Source: Pristiophorus japonicus
Lineage: Eukaryota
Direction: 5' to 3'
Assembly (NCBI RefSeq): GCF_044704955.1
Contig: NC_091978.1
Location: 375,162,001 to 375,226,000, forward strand
Length of the DNA stretch: 64,000 bases
A program made the position numbers and the translations under genes. Positions 34,901-47,221 of the stretch are shown piece after piece. Every line of letters starts with the position of its first letter. The stretch's first letter is position 1. A model generated the notes under the pieces. The model did no database searches. It saw nothing but the letters and a program-made list of their open reading frames with translations, and was not told the DNA's origin.

Positions 34901-37900
34901 GTGCAGTTCTGATCACCACATTACAGGAAGGATGTGATTGCACTGGAGAGGGTACAGAGGAGATTTATGAGGATGTTGCCGGGAGTGGAGAATCTTCGCT
35001 ACGAGGACAGATTGGATAGGCTGAGTTTGTTTTCCTTGGAACAGAGTCAGCTGAGGGGAGACTTCATTGAGGTGTATAAAATTATGAGGTGTCTAAATAT
35101 AGTGGATAGAAAGGGCTTATTTCCCTTAGCAGAAGGGTCAACAACCAGGGGCATAAATTTAAAGTAATTGGTATGTTTAGAGAGGATTTGAGGGGAAATG
35201 TCTTTACCCAGAGGGTGGTGGGGATCTGGAACTCACTGCCTGAAAGGGTGGTAGAGGCAGAAACCCTCACCACATTTTAAAAAGTACTTGGATGTGCACT
35301 TGAAATGCTGTGGCCTGCAGGATTTCGGACCTGGAGCTGGAAAGTGGGATTAGGTTGGATAGCCTCTTGTCGGCCGGCACAGAAACAATGGACTGAAATG
35401 GCCTCCTTCCGTGCTATAAACTTCTATGATAGTCTTTCTTCCTTAAAGGCAGCTTAATGCTCACTATAATTGGCCCAACCTCTGAAAAGTGCCAGTGTGA
35501 CAATTCTACTTTCAATACCTGTCCTGGGTGTAGCTTTTCTGAATAAGATTACCAGACCTTATTGAATTGTGGGTGGTTTGTGCTGTGAGCTCATGTCCAC
35601 TCGGAAGTGGGTGGCAATTTCTCAACGTATTTCACTTCAGACCCTGAAACCAGCAGGTAACGGATTGAGACTCAGGTCCCAGATGTGAATATAGGTGCTA
35701 ATACTAAGTGACATTTTTAGGGTAAGTCACTGACGGTAAATGGCCTCACTCCTATAATTGTGGTTCCTTCTAGATAAATTTTGCTGATAGTGATCAGGTT
35801 TCTTGAAAGGAAAAAATTTTTCAGTTGGTACAGGGTAGCAGTATTTGAGATCCCATTAATAAGGGTTAATACTACAATAGATCTTTTCCATTGGGAAAGA
35901 TAGCCACTTCTGAGGTACAACAGTGACAAGAGGAAGGAATCTCGGACTTCTTCAGAATAAAGCAGCATTAGCAAGATAAAGAGCCATCAGTGAACTGCAT
36001 CTACACTTCTCTGCCAACACTGGCCATTAATTCTTCTCAGAGTCAAAGGCACAGGAAATGATTCTGAGGACTGAAGGATATTGCAGGGGATATTATTAAA
36101 ATGGTGGAATGGGGTTAAAAAAGTGTCAAATAGAATTCAATGTCAATAAATGTGTGGCGGTACATTTTGGTTTAAAAAAAAGAAGAGTAATAATTACACT
36201 TGAATGGTGGAAAGTGTCGTGGAAGAGTAGAGAGACATGAGGGTTCAGGGTCAGGAGACATTAAAAGCAGGTCCTCAAATGGATAAGGCCGTTAAAAAAA
36301 GTTAATGAAATCCTGAATTTTATGTGGAGAGGTATAGAGTATAAAAGTTGAGATGTAATCTATGTGTAACTATAGTAAGAATACAGTTAGAGTACTGTGT
36401 GCAGTGTTGGGCTCCACACTAGCAAGGATACAGAGGCAGCACAGAATCACCAGGATACTTCCTGGTGCGAAGAAATCTAGATACAAAGACTTCAAAAATT
36501 GGAGTCCGATTTCTTCCCTGTATTATCAGTTCAAAACACGTTGCTGTTCTAACTCAGTGAATCCACTGGATGGCTGAATCACGGATCTGGAAGACATCAG
36601 TCTGGATGTTTCAGTGACCGACTTTATTTACACAAGTGAGAAGGGCGGTTCCAGCCTGCCAGATTTTGTTTAAATGTAGTTTTAATCTACAAGCTGAAAC
36701 TTGCTCCGTGCACAGCCTTTGTATGTTTAAAATTTGTCAGTCTATGGCCATGACCAACAGCACAAATGTCAATAATTGGTCACAAAGTTGACAAGTTTAG
36801 CCATAAATGGGTGAAGTGAAGAATGGAAAACTGTTGCACTGTTGCAATATTTGTCTATAGTGAGAGAGAGCTTTACTCTGTGCCGAAACAAGTTGTGTCT
36901 GAGCTAGGAGTGCTTGAAGCTGACTCTGTGTCCAAATTCCCCAGCGTTATCATCCCTCAACATGAGAACAAGGTTCACAAAAAAAGATAATTAAATTTAT
37001 ACTTTTTTGACCTGTCTGGTAGGGTAAGAACATTGCCTGAACTTTCAACATGTGCTGCTGGCTGGAAGTGTGAAGGCAGAAAATGGCCATATAATGCTCC
37101 ACATTTTCACTTATGCCAGTATTACAGGAGCACAAGATAATTCCATTTGGTTCATCTGAATTCATCCAGAGCTGACCCTGCTCCCAATGCAGAATCTAAT
37201 TGGTTCTTAAACAATTGCAGGGTTTTCGCCTCCTCTGCTCTGGGAGTTTATCTCATATATTGATCACTCTGTGTGTGAACAGTCGGTTCTAAATTTTCCT
37301 GTTTCTAGCTTCACCTGTGATCCTATTGGCCTGTTCTCATGATTTAATTTAAAGTCATTGTCCAAGTTACCGTTTCCATATCATAGAAACATAGAAAATA
37401 GGTGCAGGAGCAGGCCATTCAGCCCTTCTAGCCTGCACCGCCATTCAATGAGTTCATGGCTGAACATGAAACTTCAGTACTCCCTTCCTGCTTTCTCGCC
37501 ATAACCCTTGATCCCCCGAGTAGTAAGGACTTCATCTAACTCCCTTTTGAATATATTTAGTGAATTGGCCTCAACTACTTTCTGTGGTAGAGAATTCCAC
37601 AGGTTCACCACTCTCTGGGTGAAGAAGTTTCTCCTCATCTTGGTCCTAAATGGCTTACCCCTTATCCTCAGACTGTGACCCCTGGTTCTGGACTTCCCCA
37701 ACATTGGGGACATTCTTCCTGCATTTAACCTGTCTAAACCCATCAGAATTTTAAACGTTTCTATGAGGTCCCCTCTCATTCTTCTGAACTCCAGTGAATA
37801 CAAGCCCAGTTGATCCAGTCTTTCTTGATAGGTCAGTCCCGCCATCCCGGGAATCAGTCTGGTGAATCTTCGCTGCACTCCCTCAATAGCAAGAATGTCC

Positions 37901-40900
37901 TTCCTCAAGTTAGGAGACCAAAACTGTACACAATACTCCAGGTGTGGCCTCACCAAGGCCCTGTACAACTGTAGCAACACCTCCCTGCCCCTGTATTCAA
38001 ATCCCCTCGCTATGATGGCCAACATGCCATTTGCTTTCTTAACCGCCTGCTGTACCTGCATGCCAACCTTCAATGACTGATGTACCATGACACCCAGGTC
38101 TTGTTGCACCTTCCCTTTTCCTAATCTGTCACCATTCAGATAATAGTCTGTCTCTCTGTTTTTACCACCAAAGTGGATAACCTCACATTTATCCACATTA
38201 TACTTCATCTGCCATGCATTTGCCCACTCACCTAACCTATCCAAGTCACTCTGCAGCCTAATAGCATCCTCCTCGCAGCTCACACTGCCACCCAACTTAG
38301 TGTCATCCGCAAATTTGGAGATACTGCATTTAATCCCCTCGTCTAAATCATTAATGTACAATGTAAACAGCTGGGGCCCCAGCACAGAACCTTGCGGCAC
38401 CCCACTAGTCACTGCCTGCCATTCTGAAAAGTACCCGTTTACTCCTACTCTTTGCTTCCTGTCTGACAACCAGTTCTCAATCCACGTCAGCACACTACCC
38501 CCAATCCCATGTGCTTTTACTTTGCACATTAATCTCTTGTGTGGGACCTTGTCGAAAGCCTTCTGAAAGTCCAAATATACCACATCAACTGGTTCTCCTT
38601 TGTCCACTTTATTGGAAACATCCTCAAAAAATTCCAGAAGATTTGTCAAGCATGATTTCCCTTTCATAAATCCATGCTGACTTGGACCTATCATGTCACC
38701 ATTTTCCAGATGCACTGCTATGACATCCTTAATAATTGATTCCATCATTTTACCCACGACTGAGGTCAGGCTGACCGGTCTATAATTCCCTGTTTTCTCT
38801 CTCCCTTCTTTTTTAAAAAGTGGGGTTACATTGGTTACCCTCCACTCCATAGGAACTGATCCAGAGTCAATGGAATGTTGGAAAATGACTGTCAATGCAT
38901 CCGCTATTTCCAAGGCCACCTCCTTAAGTACTCTGGGATGCAGTCCATCAGGCCCTGGGGATTTATCGGCCTTCAATCCCATCAATTTCCCCAACACAAT
39001 TTCCCGACTAATAAAGATTTCCCTCAGTTCCCCCTCCTTACTAGACCCTCTGACCCCTTTTATATCCGGAAGGTTGTTTGTATCTTCCTTAGTGAATACC
39101 GAACCAAAGTACTTGTTCAATTGGTCTGCCATTTCTTTGTTCCCCGTTATGACTTCCCCTGATTCTGACTGCAAGGGACCTACGTTTGTCTTTACTAACC
39201 TTTTTCTCTTTACATACCTATAGAAACTTTTGCAATCCACCTTAATGTTCCCTGCAAGCTTCTTCTCGTACTCCATTTTCCCTGCCCTAATCAAACCCTT
39301 TGTCCTCCTCTGCTGAGTTCTAAATTTCTCCCAGTCCCCAGGTTCGCTGCTATTTCTGGCCAATTTGTATGCCACTTCCTTGGCTTTAATACTATCCCTG
39401 ATTTCCCTAGATAGCCACGGTTGAGCCACCTTCCCTTTTTTATTTTTACGCCAGACAGGAATGTACAATTGTTGTAATTCATCCATGCGGTCTCTAAATG
39501 TCTGCCATTGCCCATCCACAGTCAACCCCCTAAGTATCATTCGCCAATCTATCCTAGCCAATTCACGCCTCATACCTTCAAAGTTACCCTTCTTTAAGTT
39601 CTGGACCATGGTCTCTGAATTTACTGTTTCATTCTCCATCCTAATGCAGAATTCCACCATATTATGGTCACTCTTCCCCAAGGGGCCTCGCACAATGAGA
39701 TTGCTAATTAATCCTCTCTCATTACACAACACCCAGTCTAAGATGGCCTCCCCCCTAGTTGGTTCCTCAACATACTGGTCGAGAAAACCATCCCTTATGC
39801 ACTCCAGGAAATCCTCCTCCACCGTATTGCTTCCAGTTTGGCTAGCCCAATCTATGTGCATATTAAAGTCACCCATTATAACTGCTACACCTTTATTGCA
39901 TGCACCCCTAATTTCCTGTTTGATGCCCTCCCCAACATCCCTATTACTGTTTGGAGGTCTGTACACAACTCCTACTAACGTTTTTTGCCCTTTGGTGTTC
40001 TGCAGCTCTACCCATATAGATTCCACATCATCCAAGCTAATGTCTTTCCTAACTATTGCATTAATCTCCTCTTTAACAAACAATGCTACCCCACCTCCTT
40101 TTCCCTTTACTCTATCCTTCCTGAGTGTCGAATACCCCTGAATGTTGAGTTCCCAGCCCTGATCATCCTGGAGCCACGTCTCCGTAATCCCAATCACATC
40201 ATATTTATTAACATCTATTTGCACAGTTAATTCAACCACCTTATTGCGGATACTCCTTGCATTAAGACACAAAGCCTTCAGGCTTGTTTTTTTAACACCC
40301 TTTGTCCTTTTAGAATTTTGCTGTACAGTGGCCCTTTTTGTTCTTTGCCTTGGGTTTCTCCGCCCTCCACTTTTCCTCATCTCCTTTCTGTCTTTTGCTT
40401 TTGCCTCCTTTTTGTTTCCCTCTGTCTCCCTGCATTGGTTCCCATCCCCCTGCCATATTAGTTTAAATCCTCCCCAACAGCACTAGCAAACACTCCCCCT
40501 AGGACATTGGTTCCGGTCCAGCCCAGGTGCAGACCGTCCGGTTTGTACTGGTCCCACCTCCCCCAGAACCGGTCCCAATGCCCCAGGAATTTGAATCCCT
40601 CCCTGCTGCACCACTGCTCAAGCCACGTATTCATCTGCGCTATCCTGCGATTCCTACTCTGACTATCACGTGGCACTGGTAGCAATCCCGAGATTACTAC
40701 TTTTGAGGTCCTACTTTTTAATTTAGCTCCTAGCTCCTTAAATTCGTTTCGTAGGACCTCATCCCTTTTTTTTACCTATGTCGTTGGTACCAATGTGCAC
40801 CACGACAACTGGCTGTTCTCCCTCCCATTTCAGAATGTCCTGCACCCGCTCCGAGACATCCTTGACCCTTGCACCAGGGAGGCAATATACCATCCTGGAG

Positions 40901-43900
40901 TCTCGGTTGCGGCTGCAGAAACGCCTATCTATTCCCCTTACAATTGAATCCCCTATCACTATCGCTCTCCCACTCTTTTTCCTGCCCTCCTGTGCAACAG
41001 AGCCAGCCACGGTGCCATGAACTTGGCTGCTGCTGCCTTCCCCTGATGAGTCATCCCCCTCAACAGTACTCAAAGCAGCGTATCTGTTTTGCAGGGGGAT
41101 GACCACAGGGGACCCCTGCACTACCTTTCTTGCACTACTCTTCCTGCTGGTCTTCCATTCCCTATCTGGCTGTGGACCCTTTCCCTGCGGTAAGACCAAC
41201 TCGCTACACGTGATACTCACGTCATTCTCAGCATCGTTAATTATCCTTAATTATCTTATCACTCTACAATTGTTGTATTAATCCAGTGATTCTAAAAGAT
41301 CACCTCTCTCAGACATGTCCCTTCTAGGCTGAATACTCCACTATTTCTTCATAATTGAGATGTCTAACACCGGGGATTACTCTGCACACCTCCAGTGCTT
41401 CACTGACCAGAACTCAACATAGGATTCAAAGTGTGGTTGGTGCAGTTTGATCATGACTTCCTCAGTCTTGTATTCTGTTGTTTCACTACACAATTTAACT
41501 TTCTGTTGTCTTTGTTGATTGCTCTGCATTGGTAGGACATGTTCAGTGTCAAGTCTCCTGGGTCTCTTTCAACTTCATTCTTATCCATTTTCCTTTCTAT
41601 GTGCAGTACTTTGCATTTATCTGCATTAAACTTCAGCTGCCATTGTTCCGCCCACATACTTATCTTGTCCAAATCATTCTGTTTTCTTTTTTTAGCTGCC
41701 TTGTCCAATTGCACAACCCCTGCTGAATCTCCACAACTTTGAGTTTGACGAGTAGGCTTGTGTGGAACTTTGTCTAGGTGTACTATGTCACAGGGCTTTC
41801 CACAATCCACTTGGGTTGTCACTTCCTCAAAGAAGTCGAGGTTGGTCAAGCACAATCTTCCCTTTCTCAATCTACATTGGCTCCAGTATTATCGAGATAA
41901 TCTTCAAGTTTACTCCTGATAATCGATTCCATTATTTTAGGTGGAATAATGGGTCTGTCGTTGCTTATGTTCAGTTGTCCTTTCTTAATATGGACACCAC
42001 ATTGGCCTGTTTCCAATATATTGGTACCGATCCACTGCTTGGTGATAACTAGGGTACTGGTTTCAGAAATAACGACAACATCTTGTATCTATATAGCGCC
42101 TTTAACGTAGTAAAACATCCCGAGGTGCTTCACAGGAGTATTCTACAACAAAAAATTTGACATAAGGAGAAATTCAGGCAGGTGACCAAAAGCTTGGTCA
42201 AAGAGGTAAGTTTTAAGGAGCATCTTAAAGGAGGGTAGCGAGGCGGAGAGATTTAGGCAGGGAGTTCCAGAGCATGGGGCCTAGACACAGAAGGCACGGC
42301 CTTCTGATAAAACAAACTATTTTGCTAACCTGAGTACTTGTGTAACCATTTATCAATTTAAGCAGATGCTTATGACTGAACAACTAATATAAATTCACTT
42401 TGTCACATCTGAAATATTTTGCAAAAGGCCAAGTTCACCTTTGGAAGTTTCTCAAATAATTTAAACTTTTTTTTTAAGGACGATGAAAACGTGAAACAAA
42501 TTCTTGTAGTTGGTCTTGATGGCGCAGGGAAGACGAGCGTTCTGCACAATCTATCTAACAACACAGTCAAAAGGAGTGATGGGCCTACCATGATGTTTAA
42601 CTGTGTGTGTGTTAAGACTGAAGAAGCTGAATTAGAATTTCTAGAGAGTAAGTCAAAATGTTAACCAGTTAACACCCCTCAATGCAGAGAATACTCTATG
42701 GGTAATTGTGGAGAGGAAAAATAATGATTCACACTTAAAGAAGCATCATTCCATTCTGAAGGTCTTCATACATGGGAAGACCTTATTTCTTTTTACTGGT
42801 CAATCTCCGATAGCCTTGCCCATGGTTACTGAGAGGAAATAGTGGGCCAGTTACCTAGCTAGAAAGGTCAGGAGAAATGGGTGGGGATTCTGATCATCAG
42901 GTCCCTGTACCTTTTAACGTTGCCCCAGAATTTCCAGGCCTCTCCTTGGGAGTGGGAGTCGTACTGCTCCTGACGCCCCTCCCCACCCAGAGTATTCCTG
43001 GTCTCCAGCTTCATTCTCCATGTGAGTCCCTGGGCTTCCAGGTAGGCCCCCAGGGTCTTCCGATGGAACCAGAGCTTTTAATGTAAGAGGATATTACTAT
43101 TTATCTCGGTCAAGGTTAGAATGTCCCAGACCCCACATGTCCAGCTAGTTTGCCTGCCACTTCCTCCGAGCGGTTAATCCTGGAACTACTATTTTATCTG
43201 TCATTTAGCTGTAGCTATAACATTCTAAACGAATTGCTACAAATGAGTTTCAACCAAGATTACCAGTGTTGGAAATACGACAATCTGTTTATAACAGTGG
43301 CTACTAACATTAGCCACAGTCGCTAAAACATCAGTCGCTAAAATAAGATAATATTCTTAAACACATTAATACCAGCATTTAAAAAGATGATATTTTGTAG
43401 CAACAAGTCAGAGTTACTGCAGACTGAGATAAAATAGCAGCTCCGGGAACACCCTCTCTGCTGCTCCACAATTTCAGGCTGTCTGTATCTGAAACTGCTT
43501 GTCCTTTATGTTTGTGTCACCTAACCATGAGCTGTCACAAGGAGGGCTGGAGTGGCGAATCGTGGCATATTTTGAGAGTGATGAAAGCCAGTTGTTACAA
43601 CAATTTTATTGGCTGTTTGTTTATTTTTATTAATTTGAATGTATTTGACAGTTGTTCAAGTTGATAATCCAGGAATGATGGGTGTGACACAGAGCAGTCT
43701 GGAGAAAGCGGAGCGGGAACAGGTCAATAAAGCTGTAAGGAACAAATATGGCTTTCTAGGATTTAGAAATAGGGGCAAAGAGGTCATGTTAAACCTGTAT
43801 AAATAATTGCTTAGGCCACAGTTAGAATATTGTCTCATTTTGGATGCCTTTCTTTAGGAAGGATTTCAAGGCTATGTTGAGGGGACAAATAAATTCACTT

Positions 43901-46900
43901 GAATGATCCAGGAACGCGAGGCTTCAGTAATAAAGAGGAACGAGAGAAACTTCTTTATTAAAATAAACCTCATTTAAACAAGGTTAAGAGAAAATTTGAT
44001 AGGTGGTCAAACTGTGAAGGTTTAAGATCGGGTAAATAGGGAAGATCGATTATTGCTGGTCTGTGAACTAGAGGGCATGAAATTTAAGTTCATCACCAAA
44101 AGGACGAAGGTAGAGCTTTGGAGAACTGTATTTTATGCAGAGGGTGGATGAAATTCCTGGCCAAAAATAGCAATGAAAGCAGAATCCATAACAGTTTTTA
44201 AAAGGGATGTGGATAAATACTTAAAGTAAAAATTAAAGGGTTATAGAACCATAGAAAATAGGTGCAGGAGTAGGCCATTCGGCCCTTCGAGCCTGCACCA
44301 CCATTCAATGAGTTCATGGCTGAACATGCAACTTCAGTACCCCATTCCTGCTTTCTCGCCATACCCCTTGATCCCCCTAGTAGTAAGGACTACAACTAAC
44401 TCCTTTTTGAATATATTTAGTGAATTGGCCTCAACAACTTTCTGTGGTAGAGAATTCCACAGGTTCACCACTCTCTGGGTGAAGAAGTTTCTCCTCATCT
44501 CGGTCCTAAATGGCTTACCCCTTATCTTTAGACTGTGACCCCTGGTTCTGGACTTCCCCAACATTGGGAACATTCTTCCTGCATCTAACCTGTCTAAACC
44601 CATCAGAATTTTAAACGTTTCTATGAGATCCCCTCTCATTCTTCTGAACTCCAGTGAATACAAGCCCAGTTGATCCAGTCTTTCTTGATACGTCAGTCCC
44701 GCCATCCCGGGAATCAGTCTGGTGAACCTTCGCTGCACTCTCTCAAAAGCAAGAATGTCCTTCCTCAAGTTAGGAGACAAAAACTGTACACAATACTCCA
44801 GGTGTGGCCTCACCAAGGCCCTGTACAACTGTAGTAATACCTCCCTGACCCTGTACTCAAATCCCCTCGCTATGAAGGTCAACATGCCATTTGCTTTCTT
44901 AACCGCCTGCTGTACCTGCATGCCAACCTTCAATGACTGATGTACCATGACACCCAGGTCTCGTTGCACCTCCCCTTTTCCTAATCTGTCACCATTCAGA
45001 TAACAGTCTGTCTCTCTGTTTTTACCACCAAAGTGGATAACCTCACATTTATCCACATTATACTTCATCTGCCATGCATTTGCTCACTCACCTAACCTAT
45101 CAAAGTCACTCTGCAGCCTCATAGCATCCTCCTCGCAGCTCACACTGCCACCTAACTTAGTGTCATCCGCAAATTTGGAGATACTACATTTAATCCCCTC
45201 GTCTAAATCATTAATGTACAATGTAAACAGCTGGGGCCCCAGCACAGAACCTTGCGGTACCCCACTAGTCACTGCCTGCCATTCTGAAAAGTATCCATTT
45301 ACTCCTACTCTTTGCTTCCTGTCTGACAACCAGTTCTCAATCCATGTCAGCACACTACCCCCAATCCCATGTGCTTTAACTTTGCACATTAATCTCTTGT
45401 GTGGGACCTTGTCGAAAGCCTTCTGAAAGTCCAAATACACCACATCAACTGGTTCCCCCTTGTCCACTCTACTGGAAACATCCTCAAAAAATTCCAGAAG
45501 ATTTGTCAAGAATGATTTCCCTTTCACAAATCCATGCTGACTTGGACCTATCATGTCACCTCTTTCCAAATAAGAAAAGCAGAAGGGAATGGGACTAAGA
45601 TCGAGCACCAGCAGGATGGTCCAAATGATCTTTGGTGTTGCAGGATTCTCTGATTCTAATGTAAAAAAAAATGAATATAACTAAATTAGGCTAGATATTT
45701 TAACATGCTGTAATTTGCATACTGGTTTGCTGTATCATCTATTGTGTTTTCTCTGGAAGTTGGTGGTGGTGAATCGCTACGTCACTTTTGGTCCTGTCAT
45801 CTACCTCGGTCACGGGCTCTGGTTTACGTGGTGGATTCAGCAGACCACAGTCGGATGCCACTTGCTAAAAAGGAGCTTCACCAACTGGTCCAAGGAGATG
45901 CAACAATTCCTGTTGTTGTTTTAGCCAACAAGCAGGTATGTGCATCACTAGTTTTCACAAAACGAGGAAAACTGGAATTGAATGGAAAGATGAATTTAAT
46001 CTTTTTTGAGCAGATTTTCCTGCATTTGCTGTGCCCAGGAAATCTGCCCAGATACAAGACCAGGACAATCTGCCCCTACATGAGGCTCACATGGCTTCTT
46101 GGGATTGACCAAAAAGCCTGAGTATGTCTGGCCGACTGTGTTGCTCCTTGAGCTACTGTTAATTATGCACAGACATAACTGTCGGTGTATTCTTTCCAGA
46201 CTTCAATTTTGCAGCATTATTTTGCAAGCTAATTTAATGGCAAATGTTTTTTTTTTACAACGAAAGAGACTAAAAATATTCATCCCAAAGATTCTTGGCC
46301 ACCTTCCCCCGCTGTAAGTGCGGCTTCGCGGGAATGCCCCTCCACAGATAAGTTAAGGAAATATACTGAAAAAATGAGTGGAACTCAGTGGTAATAGCAA
46401 CGGGCCTTGAGGGTGCGCTGCTCAGGTAACACCTGTAGCAGTATTTTGATCACCAACTTTCAAACGTGGGATGTGGAAGTTATGTTGGGGAAGTGGAAGG
46501 TTAGCCATTGAATTAAATTGACCTATTGTGCACAATATGGAGTAGGAAGAATGTTATGTACATGTCCATTGCCTTGGTTTGCCGATCATCGATGTATTCA
46601 ACATTTTAGGTGCTGCGTATTTCATGTTGCTCTGGTTTAGAGCCTTCTCCATATGTTTTATCGTGTCCCTGTTTTCCAGGAATTACCAATTAATTTAGAA
46701 CCCGTAACAAAATGTTAAAGGGCTGATTTAAATGTCTGTAAGATACTAACATTATGTTATCATTATTGTCTTTCAGGATCTTGAAGGTGCCTGGACCATC
46801 TCCGAGATCCATGAGCAACTTTCCCTCGCGGAGTTAGGTGATGAAAGGAAGCTTTTTCTCATTGGAACCCATGTCATAGAAGATGGGTCACAAATACCAA

Positions 46901-46950
46901 CAAGCGTACAAGATGCCAAGGAACTAATTGCCCAGCTGGTGATGTGCTAA
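31722..46950 (+). CDS. ARL9: ADP-ribosylation factor-like protein 9: join(31722-31883?,42479-42647,45760-45935,46777-46950)
   Basis: P-loop [13 protein letters not shown] (G3), VVDSAD, NKQD (G4); C-terminus [18 protein letters not shown] resembles ARL9; located immediately 3' of SRP72 as in human. Confidence 0.92.
31965..32362. repeat. Polypurine (GGA/GGGAG) tract in ARL9 intron 1
   Basis: About 400 bp of almost pure G/A. Confidence 0.95.
32880..33610 (+). mobile_element. tRNA-derived Deu-domain SINE (SacSINE1-like) with internal ~33-bp tandem expansion
   Basis: tRNA-like head ctgagtcag..ggttaagtcccactcc; body gggagcttgctgtgcgtaaattggctgccgc; tail gaaaggcgctatataaatgc; unexpanded copy at 53315-53700. 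Confidence 0.8.
33615..35430 (+). mobile_element. CR1 LINE, 5'-truncated
   Basis: [29 protein letters not shown] peptides; 3' UTR. Confidence 0.95.
36060..36500 (+). mobile_element. Old degraded CR1 fragment
   Basis: gaattcaatgtcaataaatgtg, ttagagtactgtgtgcagt. Confidence 0.6.
37474..40380 (-). CDS. CR1 ORF2: APE endonuclease + reverse transcriptase (968 aa, uninterrupted)
   Basis: NARS, ITETW, GDFN, SDH (EN); [23 protein letters not shown] (RT). Confidence 0.95.
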   Translation of the reverse strand: MRKSGGRRNPRQRTKRATVQQNSKRTKGVKKTSLKALCLNARSIRNKVVELTVQIDVNKYDVIGITETWLQDDQGWELNIQGYSTLRKDRVKGKGGGVALFVKEEINAIVRKDISLDDVESIWVELQNTKGQKTLVGVVYRPPNSNRDVGEGIKQEIRGACNKGVAVIMGDFNMHIDWASQTGSNTVEEDFLECIRDGFLDQYVEEPTRGEAILDWVLCNERGLISNLIVRGPLGKSDHNMVEFCIRMENETVNSETMVQNLKKGNFEGMRRELARIDWRMILRGLTVDGQWQTFRDRMDELQQLYIPVWRKNKKGKVAQPWLSREIRDSIKAKEVAYKLARNSSEPGDWEKFRTQQRRTKGLIRAGKMEYEKKLAGNIKVDCKSFYRYVKRKRLVKTNVGPLQSESGEVITGNKEMADQLNKYFGSVFTKEDTNNLPDIKGVRGSSKEGELREIFISREIVLGKLMGLKADKSPGPDGLHPRVLKEVALEIADALTVIFQHSIDSGSVPMEWRVTNVTPLFKKEGREKTGNYRPVSLTSVVGKMMESIIKDVIAVHLENGDMIGPSQHGFMKGKSCLTNLLEFFEDVSNKVDKGEPVDVVYLDFQKAFDKVPHKRLMCKVKAHGIGGSVLTWIENWLSDRKQRVGVNGYFSEWQAVTSGVPQGSVLGPQLFTLYINDLDEGIKCSISKFADDTKLGGSVSCEEDAIRLQSDLDRLGEWANAWQMKYNVDKCEVIHFGGKNRETDYYLNGDRLGKGKVQQDLGVMVHQSLKVGMQVQQAVKKANGMLAIIARGFEYRGREVLLQLYRALVRPHLEYCVQFWSPNLRKDILAIEGVQRRFTRLIPGMAGLTYQERLDQLGLYSLEFRRMRGDLIETFKILMGLDRLNAGRMSPMLGKSRTRGHSLRIRGKPFRTKMRRNFFTQRVVNLWNSLPQKVVEANSLNIFKRELDEVLTTRGIKGYGEKAGREY
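40458..41220 (-). pseudogene. CR1 ORF1 SGNH-esterase domain, frameshifted at the T8 run 40766-40773
   Basis: GDS, GTND and DGLH catalytic blocks split across two frames. Confidence 0.88.
41300..42055 (-). mobile_element. Old degraded CR1
   Basis: [30 protein letters not shown]. Confidence 0.8.
42072..42300 (-). mobile_element. L2-type LINE 3' end
   Basis: ttgtatctatatagcgcctttaacgtag...gtgcttcacagg; same tail at 63765-63835. Confidence 0.6.
42479..42647 (+). CDS. ARL9: ARL9 exon ([56 protein letters not shown])
   Basis: tttaag|GAC ... GAGA|gtaagt. Confidence 0.95.
43690..44244 (+). mobile_element. Old degraded CR1, interrupted by the young copy
   Basis: ttaggccacagttagaatattg; tail resumes near 45575. 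Confidence 0.65.
44245..45572 (-). mobile_element. 5'-truncated young CR1
   Basis: Peptides nearly identical to the C-terminal part of the ORF2 at 37474-40380. Confidence 0.96.
45760..45935 (+). CDS. ARL9: ARL9 exon ([59 protein letters not shown])
   Basis: ggaag|TT ... CAG|gtatgt. Confidence 0.95.
46777..46950 (+). CDS. ARL9: ARL9 last exon ([57 protein letters not shown])
   Basis: TACTAAC branch point, tttcag|GAT ... TAA. Confidence 0.95.
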   Translation, partial: DLEGAWTISEIHEQLSLAELGDERKLFLIGTHVIEDGSQIPTSVQDAKELIAQLVMC

Positions 46951-47215
46951 GGAGTGAATTTGCACATAATTCTCTCAAATCTAACTTGCATCACTGGCCT
47001 TTCATCATATTCTTTGATGTAATATTTTTACTAAAGCACTATCTGGTCACATTTATTGCGTGATGTAGAAACTGATTTTTTGAATCTAAAGAAATAGTTG
47101 TAAAAACAAATTTGGGTTTGGAAAAAATATATACGTTTTGCATAGTGATTATATATTTTGCACCTGATTGCGCATTTAAGGATATACTATTAGAAACAGC
47201 TAAGTGGAGTTTTGT

Positions 47216-47221
47216 AATAAA
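47216..47221 (+). promoter_or_regulatory. Candidate ARL9 polyadenylation signal
   Basis: AATAAA about 265 nt after the stop, followed by T-rich sequence. Confidence 0.55.

Larger units (their letters stand above)
37381..41237 (-). mobile_element. Near-full-length young CR1 LINE
   Basis: ORF1 esterase (5'-truncated, one frameshift), intact ORF2 and (CTATGTTT)n tail. Confidence 0.98.

Noticed and set aside
46936-46950. C-terminal Cys of ARL9 as a prenylation signal
   Set aside because: LVMC* is not CAAX, CC or CXC.
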